DNA from: Heterodontus francisci
Lineage: Eukaryota
Reading direction: 5' to 3'
DNA length: 64,000 bases
NCBI RefSeq assembly: GCF_036365525.1
Contig: NC_090374.1
Coordinates: 53,206,532 to 53,270,531, forward strand
Position numbers and translations under genes: made by a program. Below the pieces are notes generated by a model, which was given only the letters and a program-made list of their open reading frames with translations, was not told the origin of the DNA and made no database searches. Numbering within the stretch: the stretch's first letter is position 1; every line of letters begins with the position of its first letter. This document shows positions 25,246 to 38,355 of this stretch, piece after piece.

Positions 25246-28200
25246 ACTGACTGTAAAAGTTTCTATAGGTATGTGAAGGGAAAAAGATTGGTGAAGACAA
25301 ATGTAGGTCCCTTACAGTCAGAAACCGGGGAATTTATGATGGGGAATAAAGAAATGGCTGACCAACTAAATGCATACTTTGGTTCTGTCTTCACAAAGGA
25401 GGACACAAATTTCATACCAGAAATATTGGGGAACACAGGGCTTAGTGAGAGGGAGGAACTGAAGGAAATCAGTATTAGTAGAGAAATGGTGTTGGGGAAA
25501 TTGATGGGATTGAAGGCAGATAAATCCCCAGGGCCTGATGGTATGCAGCCCAGAATACTTAAGAAAGTGGCCCTAGAAATAGTGGATGCATTGGTGGTCA
25601 TCTTCCAAGATTCTATAGACTCTAGAACAGTTCCTACAGATTGGCGGGTAGCTAATGTAACCCCACTATTTAAAAAGGGAGGTAGAAAGAAAGCAGGGAA
25701 TTATAGACCAGTCAGCCTGACATCGGTAGTGGGGAAAATTCTAGAGTCCATTATCAAAAATTTTATAGCAGAGCACTTAGAGAACAGTGGTAGAATTGGG
25801 CAGAGTCAGCATGGATTTACGAAAGAGAAATCATGCTTGACAAATCTAATAGAATTCTTCGAGGATGTAACTAGTAGAGTTGATGAGGGGGAGCCAGTGG
25901 ATGTGGTTTATTTGGACTTTCATAAGGCTTTCGACAAAGTCCCACAGAAGAGATTAGCATGTAAAATTAAAGCACATGGGATTGGGGGTAGTGTATTGCG
26001 ATGGATAGAAAATTGGTTGGCGGACAGGAAACAAAGAGTAGGGATAAATGGGTCTTTTTCCGAATGGCAGGCAGTGACTAGTGGGGTACCGCAGGGATCG
26101 GTGCTAGGACCAATATTCACTAAATACATTAATGATTTAGATGAGGGAACTAAATTTAATATCTCCAAATTTGCAGCCGACACAAAACTGGGTGGGAGGG
26201 TGAGTTGTGAGGAGGCTTCAGGGTGATTTGGACAAGGTGAGTGAGTGGGTTAATGTTTGGCAGATGCAGTATAATGTGGATGAATGTGAGGTTATCCACT
26301 TTGGTAGCAAAAACAGGAAGGCAGATTATTATCTGAACAGCTATAAACTGAGAGAGGGGAACATGCAGCGAGACCTGGGTGTTCTCGTACACCAGTCACT
26401 GAAGGTAAGCATGCAAGTGCAACAGGCGGTACATTTCTTCTTTGGCCTCCTTATCTCGAGAGACAATGGATACGCGCCTGGAGGTGGTCAGTGGTTTGTG
26501 AAGCAGTGCCTGGAGTGGCTATAAAGGCCAATTCTAGAGTGAGAGACTCTTCCACAGGTGCTGCAGAGAAATTTGTTTGTCGGGGCTGTTGCACAGTTGG
26601 CTCTCCCCTTGCGCCTCTGTCTTTTTTCCTGCCAACTACTAAGTCTCTTCGACTCGCCACATTTTAGCCCCGTCTTTATGGTTGCCCGCCAGCTCTGACG
26701 AACGCTGGCAACTGACTCCCACGACTTGTGATCAATGTCACAGGATTTCACGTCGCGTTTGCAGACGTCTTTAAAGCGGATACATGGACGGCCGGTGGGT
26801 CTGATACCAGTGGCGAGCTCGCTGTACAATGTGTCTTTGGGGATCCTGCCATCTTCCATGCGGCTCACATGGCCAAGCCATCTCAAGCGCCGCTGACTCA
26901 GTAGTGTGTACAAGCTGGGGATGTTGGCCACCTCGAGGACTTCTGTGTTGGAGATACGGTCCTGCCACCTGATGCCAAGTATTCTCCGGAGGCAGCGAAG
27001 ATGGAATGAATTGAGACGTCGCTCTTGGCTGACATACGTTGTCCAGGCCTCGCTGCCATAGAGCAAGGTACTGAGGACACAGGCCTGATATACTCGGACT
27101 TTTGTGTTCCGTGTCAGTGCGTCATTTTCCCACACTCTCTTGGCCAGTCTGGACATAGCAGTGGAAGCCTTTCCCATGCGCTTGTTGATTTCTGCATCTA
27201 GAGACAGGTTACTGGTGATAGTTGAGCCTAGGTAGGTGAACTCTTGAACCACTTCCAGAGCGTGGTCGCCAATATTGATGGATGGAGCATTTCTGACGTC
27301 CTGCCCCATGATGTTCGTTTTCTTGAGGCTGATGGTTAGGCCAAATTCATTGCAGGCAGCTGCAAACCTGTTGATGAGACTCTGCAGGCACTCTTCAGTG
27401 TGAGATGTTAAAGCAGCATCGTCAGCAAAGACCAGTTCCCTGATGAGGACTTTCCGTACTTTGGCCTTCGCTCTTAGACGGGCAAGGTTGAACAACCTGC
27501 CCCCTGATCTTGTGTGGAGGAAAATTCCTTCTTCTGAAGACTTGAACGCATGTGAGAGCAGCAGGGAGAAGAAAATCCCAAAAAGTGTGGGTGCGAGAAC
27601 ACAGCCCTGTTTCACGCCACTCAGGATAGGAAAGGGCTCTGATGAGGAGCCACCATGTTGAATTGTGCCTTTCATATTGTCATGGAATGAGGTGATGATA
27701 CTTAGTAGCTTTGGTGGGCATCCAATCTTTTCTAGTAGTCTGAAGAGACCACGTCTGCTGACGAGGTCAAAGGCTTTGTTGAGATCAATGAAAGCAATGT
27801 AGAGGTGCATCTGTTGTTCACGGCATTTCTCCTGAATCTGACGAAGGGAGAACAGCATGTCAACGGTCGATCTCTCTGCACAAAAGCCACACTGTGCCTC
27901 AGGGTAGACACGCTCAGCCAGCTTATGGAGCCTGTTCAGAGCGACTCAAGCAAAGACTTTCCCCACTATGCTGAGCAGGGAGATTCCACGGTAGTTGTTG
28001 CAGTCACCGCACTCACCTTTGTTTTTATAGAGGGTGATGATATTGGCATCGCGCATGTCCTGGGGTACTGCTCCCTCATCCCAGCACAGGCATAGCAGTT
28101 CATGTAGTGCTGAGAGTATAGCAGGCTTGGCACTCTTGATTATTTCAGGGGTAATGCTGTCCTTCCCAGGGGCTTTTCCGCTGGCTAGAGAATCAATGGC

Positions 28201-28930
28201 ATCACTGAGTTCCGATTTGGTTGGCTGTATGTCCAGCTCATCCATGACTGGTAGAGGCTGGGCTGCATTGAGGGCAGTAAAATAAGCAAATGGTATGTTG
28301 GCCTTCATAGCGAGAGGATTCGAGTTGAGGAGCAGGGTTGTCTTGCTGCAATTATGCAGGGTCTTGGTGAGGCCACACCTGGAATATTGTGTGCAGTTTT
28401 GGTCTCCTTATCTGAGGAAGGATGTTCTTGCTATAGAGGAAGGGCAGCGAAGGTTTACCAGACTGATTCGTGGGATGGCGGGACTGACGTATGAGGAGAG
28501 ATTGAGTCGGTTAGGATTATATTTGCTGGAGTTCAGCAGTGAAGGGGATCTCATAGAAACCTTAAAAATTCTAACAGGACTTGACAGGGTAGATGCAGGA
28601 AGGATGTTCCCGATGGTGGGGGAGTCCAGAACCAGGGATCATAGTCTCAGGATACGGGGTAAACCTTTCAGGACTGAGACGAAGAGAAATTTCTTCACCC
28701 AGAGAGTGGTGAGCCTATGGAATTCGCTACCACAGAATGCAGTTGAGGCCAAAACAGTGTATGTTTTCAAGAAGGAGTTAGATATAGCTCTTGGGTCTAA
28801 AGGGATCAAAGGGTATGGGGTGAAAGCGAGACAGGCTACTGAGTTGGATGTTCAGCCATGATCATAATGAATGGCGGAGCAGGCTCGAAGGGCCGAATGG
28901 CCTACTCCTGCTCCTATTTTCTATGTTTCT
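25246..28930 (+). mobile_element. Young 5'-truncated CR1 (HER1-like) LINE, interrupted by an RTE
   Basis: 317-aa ORF 25273-26226 with RT motifs; 188-aa C-terminal ORF 28295-28861; 3' end gggccgaatggcctactcctgctcctattttctatgtttct. Confidence 0.95.
26435..28277 (-). mobile_element. Young RTE LINE, 5'-truncated
   Basis: 456-aa open ORF 26488-27858 with QGCVLAP, FADD and C-terminal CCHH/C finger; tail gaggccaaagaag. Confidence 0.95.
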
Positions 28931-30804
28931 ACCACTCTTGTCAATTTCATTGTCCCAGTCTATATGAAGATTAAAGTCCCCCAGAAATATTACATTTCCT
29001 TTGTTACAAGCTCCAATAATTTCTTGTTTAATGCTCTGTCCAATGGTATAATTACTGTTAGGGGTCCTCTAAACTACTCCCACCAGTGTTTTCTGATTCT
29101 TGCTATTCTTAATTTCCACCGATACTGATTCTACTTCATGATCTTATGAGGCCAGATCCTTTCTCACTAATGCTCTTATATCATGCTTTACCACTGGGGC
29201 TACCCCTCCTCCTTTGCCATTGTCTGCCTTTCCAAAATATTGTGTACCCTGGAATATTTATTTCCCGAACTTGATCACCATGTTACCATGCCTCTGTAAT
29301 GGCGATTAGATATAAATCATTTACCTCTAGTTGAGCCACTGGTTCACCTACCTTGCTGCAGATGCTTCGCGCATTCAGATAAAGAACCTTTGATTTCATT
29401 TTTCTGCTTCTATTTCCTTCAATGACCTTATTCATTGATGTATAATTTCTGTTAAACTCTGTGTCCCTTCCTGTCCCATTCTACTTGTCTTTACCCACAA
29501 TGCTCTTCTGTTCCTATACTTCGGCCTTTCTCTTTGGATTTCTAAATCTCACCTCTCCCGAACCCTAACCACCCCCCTACCAACCCAATAGTTCACAACC
29601 TCTAGTCTTAGCTACTGGAGTACCCTTGGATTTGTACACCCTGTCCCTTCCTGCCACACTCTAATCATCATTACCCTTATTGCTATCTTGCTCTCGAGGC
29701 AGGCAACAGTTTGAAATGGGCCTACTGGGCTCCTGAAGTGCCCACTTCTCTTAGGCAATAGGCCCCCTTTAATATATAAATCAGAGTTCTTGGATCCCAA
29801 TAGCCATTTTATGTGAGATCTGGTTGGAGTGTGCAGCCTGCAGATTCTGACGAGTTGCACGGGTGATGGAGCTAAAGTGGCCCAGCAAAAGGTAAATTTG
29901 GAATTATTTCTGTGGGGCTCAGTTTAAAGTGTATGCAAGTTGGCATGTTTGTATGCAGAAAATATGCCGTTTAGAAATGTGCTGAAATATACAAATCAGT
30001 ATATTTAAGAGGTGTCTACCCTTTGTACACAGTATAGACCTTCTCTCAACAAAAGGGCTGGGAGATTTGACTCTTGAATTTGGTTCATCAAATCCAATCT
30101 TAAACCAAGCCCAGGATTCAAGAATTGGAAATGAATGCAGATACATTGCCACTGCTGCTGCTGTTAAGAACATAGCAACGCAGCTGTGAAGAAAAGCAGA
30201 ACAAGAGCAACAATGCTGTTAGTCACGGCATTTGAAGCCGGAATGTGAGCAAGAACAGTGTGTATTGGAAGATATCTCAAAAGGTTATTCAACCTTTTTA
30301 TTGGCACATATGAAACAACAAAATAATACAAAACAAACACACATAAAACCCAACAGAAAAATATAGTCACCAATTTAAGACATTAATGACTCCCATAGCA
30401 AACTGCACATTGCTAAATATCTGCATCCTCAAGAATGGGAACTGGGGAGTCACCACTCAGTCTGAAGATGTGAAAAGGTTAGATTAATGGATTACAGCAC
30501 TTCATGGTGCTTCCAGTGCTGAGCGTATTATTACTGGATATATAAATATAAATAAAACACATATTTTAAATGGGCTTTTAAAAAAGCCCATACTTGAACT
30601 CTACAATGGCCAGGTGAAAAGGCTTTAGTGTATGATGTAAATGATGTTGGTTCTTTTCTCTCTGTAGTTTCACTCCCCTCTCACTCCAATCACTTTCAAT
30701 GAGACCATGTGCACCGTAGATTGAGAGGCCTCCCACCATGCGGAAACAGCTCCAAAATTTGTGGTGAATATCTTACAGCCCCAGTAAGGATGTGAATGCA
30801 CTCT

Positions 30805-31270
30805 GCATAACAAAGGGTACACAAGAGATTTACAAGGATGTTGCCAGGACTGGAGAATTTTAGCTGTGAGAAAAGACTGTTTAGACTGGGGTTGTTTTCT
30901 TTGGAACAGAGGAGAGTGGGGGGAGATTTCATTGAGGTGCATAAAATTATGAGGAACCTAGATAGAGTGGATAGAAAGGACCTATTTCCCTGAGCAGTGA
31001 GGTAAATATGGAGAAGGATTAGTCAGATTACAGGGGAGTTGAGAAGAATTTTTTTCACCCAGTGAGTGTGGTGGGGATCTGGAACTCACTGCCTGATGTG
31101 TTAAGTCGAAACACTCATCTCATTTAAAAAGTACTTGGATATGCACTTGAGGCTACGAACTAAGAGCTGGAAAACGGGATTAGGCTGGATAGCTCTTTTT
31201 ACAGATGGCACAGACTCAATGGGGCAAATGGCTTCCTTCTGTGCTGTAATTTTCAATGATTTCATGATTC
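30805..31270 (+). mobile_element. CR1 3' fragment
   Basis: RFTRMLPGL, GDFIEVHKIM, nFFTQ motifs and 3' stem-loop. Confidence 0.8.
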
Positions 31271-31589
31271 TAGCATATGTCACACACCCTCTGTTCTGTA
31301 TCAGCTGGTGTTCCAACTTAAGAGGTGCCCACAGATAAATCAGTAATTAGTTTTATGCAGCAGAGAGGAGCAGGAGTGCCAAATGATATTGCAGCTTCTG
31401 CCCACAGCTAGCCAGCCTGGCGCTGCCCTTGAAATGGATCAGGCCAGTCGTCAGCACCATTCGGCAGAAAACTACACTATCTGCCAGTCAGCCAACCAAT
31501 AGCTAAATTCTACTCTCAGGTAACTCACACTTTAGCAGACAGTGACTGCAGCATCTATAGGTTATACAGTAATTCCAGATCAATTGATT

Positions 31590-32885
31590 GGTTGGCATCC
31601 TTCCGTCTATGAAAGATGATGGACACGCTGCAAACAGTCCATTTAAGTGGGGTGTCTTGGTGCACCTTTGTTGATGGCTGTGAAGGCCAATCCTTGAGAG
31701 GCAGGTTCTGCCACAAATGCTGTACATGAAGCTGCCAAGTGACGCTGTGAGTTGTTGTTTTTGACATTGACGCCTGTTGCCAAGCTGCTGTAGCAACTAG
31801 TCGTTATGGTAGTGCACACCAGCCCACAGGATGTATCGCCAATTCCCTCTTTCGCCAGCTAGTTACTCCCAAGTGCGATAGTCGACATTTAGGGCTTTCA
31901 TGTCACACTTCCAAGCATCCTTGAAGCAGAGATTTGGGCACCCACTGATCATCTGGCGCCGGCTACCTCACCAGACAGGAGGTCTTGGGTATGCAACTGT
32001 CTTCCATCCTGTGGACGTGTCTGATCCACCGAAGCCGTCGGTTTGATTAGTGCCAACACACTTGGGAGCTCTGCATTTCAGAGGACTGCCTCATTTGTGA
32101 TTTTGTCCAGCCAAAATATACCCATAATGCATCACAGACATGAAGATGCAAATTATTGAGCTTCTTTTCTTGGAAGCTGTAAGTCACCCATATTTCACAG
32201 TCATACAGCAAGGTGCTGAGAACAAAGGCCTTATAAACCATCAGCTTGGTCCTAACGGTCAGCTTTGTGTTATCCCATGTGCATTTTGCAAGTCGGCCAA
32301 AAGTGGTAGCTGCTTTCCCTATGCGTGTATTAAGCTCTGCATCAAGGGACAGATCGTCTATCACCGTGGACCCAACGTAGCAGAATTTGCTAAACACTTC
32401 CAGTGGGGTGTTATTTAGTGTGATCAGGGCGGAGGTGCAACACCTTGTCCCATGGCCACTGTGTTCTTGTCACTTATAGTCAAGGAGAACAAGTTACAGG
32501 CATGGGAGAGACAGTCCATGAGACTTTGTAGCTGACTTTCCGTGTGAGCTACTAGCACAGCATCATCAGCGTACAGGAGTTCTCTGATCAGGACGTGATG
32601 TGTTTTTGTCTTCACTTTCAGCCTTGATAGACTGTAGAGCTTGACACCTGACCTAGCAAGCAGACGCATTCCATATCTGCAAGGAAGGCGAGCATGGAGA
32701 AGATGCCAAACAGAGTGGGGGCTCAGAGACAAACCTGTTTCACTCCATTCTTCATTCCAAAATTGTCGGAAGTGGAGCTATCAAACTGTACATGCTGTCA
32801 TGGAAGGAGCGGATGAGACTGAGGAGCTTTGGTGGACAGTCAATTTTTTTCCAAAATCCTGTACAGCCCTGCTCTGCTGATGGTA
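31590..32885 (-). mobile_element. Older RTE LINE fragment
   Basis: IRELLYADD, RIGKAATTFGRL, CSICGRTCLSRIGLHSHQQRC. Confidence 0.88.
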
Positions 32886-32889
32886 TCAA

Positions 32890-33325
32890 CACCATCAGAC
32901 CAATTATTTTACCTGTAAAACTCGAGATCATCCAAAACTCTGCTACCCAGATCCTAACTCGCAGTAAGTTCCATTCACCCAACACCCCTATGCTCGCTGA
33001 CCCACAATGGTTCCCAGACCAGTAACAGCTCGATTTAAAAATTCTCATCTCGGTGTTCAAATCCCTCCATGGCTTTGCGCCTCCCTACCTCTGTAACCTC
33101 TTCCAGCCCTACAACCCTCCGAGATATCTGCCTTCCTCCAAGTCTGGCCTGTTGTACATCCTTAATTTTAATCACTCAACCATTGCTAGTCGTACCTTCA
33201 GCTCCTAGGCCTTAAACTCTGGAATTCCTTTCCTTAACCTTTCCACCTCTTTATCGCTTTCCCCTCCTTTAAGCCACTCCTTAATCCTATCTCTTTGGTG
33301 AAGGTTTTAGTCAACTGACTGAATT
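32890..33325 (+). mobile_element. L2 3' fragment
   Basis: LEIIQNSATQILT, FKILISVFKSLHG. Confidence 0.8.
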
Positions 33326-33334
33326 TTTATTAAA

Positions 33335-33640
33335 ATTCATTCATGGGATGTGGGTGTTGCTGGCAAGGTCAGCATTTGTTGCCCATCCCTACATCCCTTG
33401 AGCAGGTACTAGTGAGCTACCTTCTTGAATTGCTGGAGTCCATGTGAAGGTACTCCCACAGTGCAGTTAGGTAGTGAGTTCCAGGATTTTGGCCCACAGC
33501 GATGAAGGAACAGCGGTGATGTAGGTCCAAGTCAGGATGGTGTGTAACTTGGAGGAGAACTTGTCGGGGGGGTTGCTCCCATGTACTTGCTGCCCCAGTC
33601 CTTCCAAGTGGTAGAGGTCACGGACTTGGGAGGTGGTTGC
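33335..33640 (-). mobile_element. CR1-clade family B 3' end
   Basis: Reverse complement of the 1500-1775 type sequence. Confidence 0.8.
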
Positions 33641-34011
33641 TATTACAAAAGCCACATGACTTTTAACAATTATATATTTAATCAATGATTTTATTTTGTT
33701 AACATAATCCTGAAAATGTTAGCAAAATATTCCACAGGCTAAATGCTTTAAAAATATACTGGTGACTGTGGCTCAGCAAGTTTATCCATGAAGTAGTTGA
33801 ACAGTACATACAAGGAAACTATCAGTTAATTCCTAGTTAGTTGATGTCAACCCCAGTGGCAGTAATAGGCCTCAACAACTGGTCTCAGCACCCCCTGCTT
33901 AAAGAGGGTGAGGGAAAAAGCCCAGGGTTTCTGCTCCTGATCACTATCCCCCCAGTCTGCCAGAATGTGCTTCAATATAGAATGAGGACAGTTTTGGGTT
34001 CAGACATTCTT

Positions 34012-35217
34012 TCTTTTTCTTTTGGGTCTCCTTATCTCGAGAGACAATGGATATGCGCCTGGAGGTGGTCAGTGGTTTGTGAAGCAGCGCCTGGAGTGGC
34101 TAGAAAGGCCAATTCTGGAGTGACAGGCTCTTCCACAGGTGCTGCAGAGAAATTTGTTTGTTGGGGCTGTTGCACAGTTGGCTCTCCCCTTGCGCCTCTG
34201 TCTTTTTTCCTGCCAACTACTAAGTCTCTTCGACTCGCCACAATTTAGCCCTGTCTTTATGGCTGCCCGCCAGCTCTGGCGAATGCTGGCAACTGACTCC
34301 CACGACTTGTGATCAATGTCACACGATTTCATGTCGCGTTTGCAGACGTCTTTATAACGGAGACATGGACGGCCGGTGGGTCTGATACCAGTGGCGAGCT
34401 CGCTGTACAATGTGTCTTTGGGGATCCTGCCATCTTCCATGCGGCTCACATGGCCAAGCCATCTCAAGCGCCGCTGACTCAGTAGTGTGTATAAGCTGGG
34501 GGTGTTGGCCGCTTCAAGGACTTCTGTGTTGGAGATATAGTCCTGCCACCTGATGCCAAGTATTCTCCGAAGGCAGCGAAGATGGAATGAATTGAGACGT
34601 CGCTCTTGGCTGGCATACGTTGTCCAGGCCTCGCTGCCGTAGAGCAAGGTACTGAGGACACAGGCCTGATACACTCGGACTTTTGTGTTCCGTGTCAGTG
34701 CGCCATTTTCCCACACTCTCTTGGCCAGTCTGGACATAGCAGTGGAAGCCTTACCCATGCGCTTGTTGATTTCTGCATCTAGAGACAGGTTACTGGTGAT
34801 AGTTGAGCCTAGGTAGGTGAACTCTTGAACCACTTCCAGAGCGTGGTCGCCAATATTGATGGATGGAGCATTTCTGACATCCTGCCCCATGATGTTCGTT
34901 TTCTTGAGGCTGATGGTTAGGCCAAATTCATTGCAGGCAGACGCAAACCTGTCAATGAGACTCTGCAGGCATTCTTCAGTGTGAGATGTTAAAGCAGCAT
35001 CGTCAGCAAAGAGGAGTTCTCTGATGAGGACTTTCCGTACTTTGGACTTCGCTCTTAGACGGGCAAGGTTGAACAACCTGCCCCCTGATCTTGTGTGGAG
35101 GAAAATTCCTTCTTCAGAGGATTTGAACGCATGTGAAAGCAGCAGGGAGAAGAAAATCCCAGAAAGTGTGGGTGCGAGAACACAGCCCTGTTTCACACCA
35201 CTCAGGATAGGAAAGGG
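34012..35217 (-). mobile_element. Young RTE LINE, 5'-truncated (same family as 26435-28277)
   Basis: Near-identical open RT and C-terminal ORF; similarity stops at PFPILSG. Confidence 0.95.
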
Positions 35218-35268
35218 CCTGTGAAAGGCCATGATGCCTGTGAAACTCAATAACTTACAGGCACTCAC

Positions 35269-35361
35269 CATCAAGTCTTGCACGTGAATAACAGATACTT
35301 GGATGAGGTTCTGGAGAATGACCAGCACCCATGGAATCAAACCCCAATGGGCAGTCAGCAG
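35269..35361 (-). CDS. Candidate 93-nt in-frame exon of the host gene
   Basis: Acceptor tttttgtcccctctcttgaag, donor ATG|gtgagt; open in phase 1-1: AADCPLGFDSMGAGHSPEPHPSICYSRARLD. Confidence 0.45.
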
Positions 35362-35574
35362 CTTCAAGAGAGGGGACAAAAATGAATAGAAAAAGAACTC
35401 AAGAAACATGCATTTGTGTGATGGAGTAATGTATCGAATCATTCACACTGCACAGCAACTTAATGGGAAGAGCTACACCTGGTTGAGTCTAGAATCCTGG
35501 ACGAATATACTAAAAAAAAATTTAAACCAATGTTTTCACTTTCCCTCCCCTGCATCTTTGAGTGACTCTACAGC

Positions 35575-36100
35575 AACCACAACAACTTGCATTTATATAG
35601 CACCTTTAATGTATTAAAACATTCCAAGGCAAACACTGAGCCATATAAGGAGATATTAGGACAGGTGATCAAAAGTTTGGTTAAAGAGGTAGGTTTTCCG
35701 GAGCATATTAAAAGGAGGAGAGAAAAGTAGAATGGCTTAGGGAGGAAATTCCAGAGCATAGAGCCTTGGCAGCTGAAGACGCAGGAGCCAACTGGGGTTG
35801 CACAAGATACCAGAATTGGAAGATCACAGAGATCTCTTAGGTTGTCAGGCTGGAGGAGGTTAAGGCAATAGAAAGGGATTGAGGTGATGGAAGGATTTGA
35901 AAACAAGGGTGAGAGTTTTAAAATTGAGGTGTCGCTGGACCAGGAGCCAATGTAAGTCAGAGAACACAGGGTGATGGGAAAACCAGAAGCAACGATTTAG
36001 GATACAGGCAGCAGAACTTTGAATGAGTTCAAGATTATGGGGGATGGAAGGTGGGTGGCCAGCCAGGAGAGTATTGGAGTAGTCAAATCTAGAGGAAGGC
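35575..36100 (-). mobile_element. L2 3' fragment
   Basis: SRFDYSNTLLAG, LHWLLV; tail gtgctatataaatgcaagttgttg. Confidence 0.82.
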
Positions 36101-36699
36101 AAGTGGGCCAGTCAACAGAGGATATTAGCTGGTACCCAAAAGTCAGTGCTCATTCTTACTATATTTATTTGGTTATTGATTCTTTAGTGTGAAGGCAAAG
36201 AAGTTAGCTCCTGGGGCGGAGGAAGTAATGAGAAGAATCTTTTCCACAGGGTGAACAGACTCCAGACACTGCTACTATGTTTTTTTCCTTGAGAGATTAA
36301 ACTGTTCTAGTGACTCAGTGTCATCAGGAAGTGTGATAACTGACATCCATGAGCAGTTATTAAAATGTTGCGCGCAGTCGGTGATTTGCCTTGTAGATAA
36401 CTGGGTTATTTTCTCAGGTAGAAGGGCCCTATGCAAGACGAGTGATCTGGCATGACTAGATTTGAAATTAAGCTGCTGGAGCAAATCATAAAAAGCAATA
36501 ATTAGTGTTAATTTAAACTTTATTTGGATGGGGTTTGAGTAGCATGTTTATAAACATAAGTAAGCAATTTGGAGAAAAACTGGAAATAAAGAAGTTTCAA
36601 ATATGAACAAGAAGGCATTAAAAGGTGGGAGTGAAAGGACCATTAAGAATAAACTTTAGCAACGAGGGGCAAATACAGCCAGCGAAAATATTGAAATAT

Positions 36700-37520
36700 G
36701 TCTGCAAGCAGAAGGTAGACAAGTGATGTTTTATTTGTAGAAAGGAAGCATATCTGTGAGGGAAAACAGCAAGACCAAAACCACAGTGGCTGAAAAAATG
36801 GAATAAAAATAAGGGATACAAGCAAACAAAAATTAGAACTGGGATATATCCAAAAATCAGATAAAAACAACTAAAATGAGTATTAGAAATAATAAAACAA
36901 ACTATAATGGTGTATTGTACATAGCAGCAAGAGATTCAAATAAATATTTTAGCTTTTTTGGTACTGGGTTAAATAAATTACTTTGATTATACTTTGAAGA
37001 GCTGTACTGGAGAACCACAACATTGGAAATCCTAATTCAATATTTGAAGAAAGGAAGTGAAGACATGAATTTTAAAATTACAGATCAGTTTGCCAAAAAT
37101 TTGTTGTGGGCAAAACATTTGAAAACTTTACATGGAATGTTGTTAGTGTGTATCCAAAGAGCACCAAGTCATAAGAAGTAGTCATCATAGGCTGAAGCAG
37201 CAGGCCATGCCTCACTAATCAGCTGGAATTCTTTGAGGAGGTAACATTCAGTGTGTAAAGGAAACCCAGTGGATATACTTAATTGAATTTTCAAAAAGAC
37301 ACAAAAAAAAGCAAACATGCATTGATATAGTACTTTACATTTCTCATAGCATCCCTAAGTGTTTCACATACAACAAATTATTTTGAAGAGCTGCCAGTTA
37401 TCACATATGCAGCTTTTGAAGAAACTAGCCTATTAGCAACACTGAAAACTGGCTTGGTGGTAGAAAACAGAAGGTGATGCTACAGGGAAGACTGCATGTG
37501 AGGGTAGTCATTAGGGGAAT
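36700..37520 (+). mobile_element. Ancient, highly decayed CR1 fragment
   Basis: Residual gattggaga-like, tgcctcactaatcagctggaattctttgagga and aaaacagaaggtg segments. Confidence 0.5.
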
Positions 37521-37819
37521 TCTATGCTGCACTATCAGACTGTGCCTTTAAGAAAGGACAGTGTTCAAACAAAAAGAATTTCAGCCTTTTCTTCAGCACA
37601 CCACCATCTGCCACACAATGAGCAGTTTGAAAAACAAATTATCAATTAGGGAAGAGTTAGGTGTCTTCTTACTGATTATCAGGAGTAAAGCAAAACAAAG
37701 GTAACAATGGATCTAATTTGGACCCTTAATGCTCCCAATACTTATAAATTATAGCATCAAGGGTGAATACATTTTGCTATATTAGATAAACTGTAAAGGG
37801 AGAAATAAATCAAGAAAGT

Positions 37820-38355
37820 CTTGCATTTATGTATTGCCTTTCGTGAATTCAGGATGTCCCAAAGTGCTTTACCACCAATGAAATACTTTTGAAATGTAGT
37901 CACTGTTGTAATGTAGGGAACACAGTAGCCATCTTATGCACAGCAAGGTCCCAAAAACAACAATGAAATAAGTGACCAGATAATCTGTTTCAGTGATGTT
38001 GGTTAAGGGATAAATACTAACCAGGACACTGGGGACAACTCCCAGCTCTTCTTCAAATAGTACTGTGAGACTGTTAATATCCACCTTAGAGGGTATGGAG
38101 GCACCATAAGAAGAACAACTTTCCCTTAGTACTGCACTGAAATAGCAGCCTAGATTATGTGCTCAAGTGGTCATTGGATAGACATATGGATGAAAATGGA
38201 ATAGTGTAGGTCAGATGGTTTCACAGGTCGGCGCAACATCGAGGGCCGAAGGGCCTGTACTGCGCTGTAATGTTCTATGTTCTAAATCTTGCAAGTGGAA
38301 CTTGAACTCACAACATTCTGACTCAGAGGCGAGAGTGCTACCATTAACCCAAGGC
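37820..38355 (-). mobile_element. Deu-domain SINE (SacSINE1-like), with a short CR1 3' end inserted at ~38170-38285 (+)
   Basis: tRNA-like head near 38350, cttgagcacataatctaggctg core, L2-like tail. Confidence 0.6.

Larger units (their letters stand above)
20345..29560 (-). mobile_element. CR1 LINE host of a nested cluster (pieces 20345-21868, 25072-25245, 28931-29560)
   Basis: 3' end at 20345 (GDLIETCKILKGLDRVD); RT pieces rejoin across the Gypsy insertion; endonuclease GDFNLHIDW near 28960. Confidence 0.8.

Noticed and set aside
29919-30184. 84-aa ORF after a strong acceptor
   Set aside because: Stop in the phase required by the host gene, weak donors, no homology recognised.
33760-34005. 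Ancient tRNA-derived SINE-like sequence (also ~31390-31580, ~50390-50640)
   Set aside because: Too decayed to assign or bound by eye.
34069-35442. 457-aa ORF as a novel chimeric gene
   Set aside because: A truncated RTE ORF extended by chance into flanking DNA; the N-terminus reads through splice-site-like sequence.
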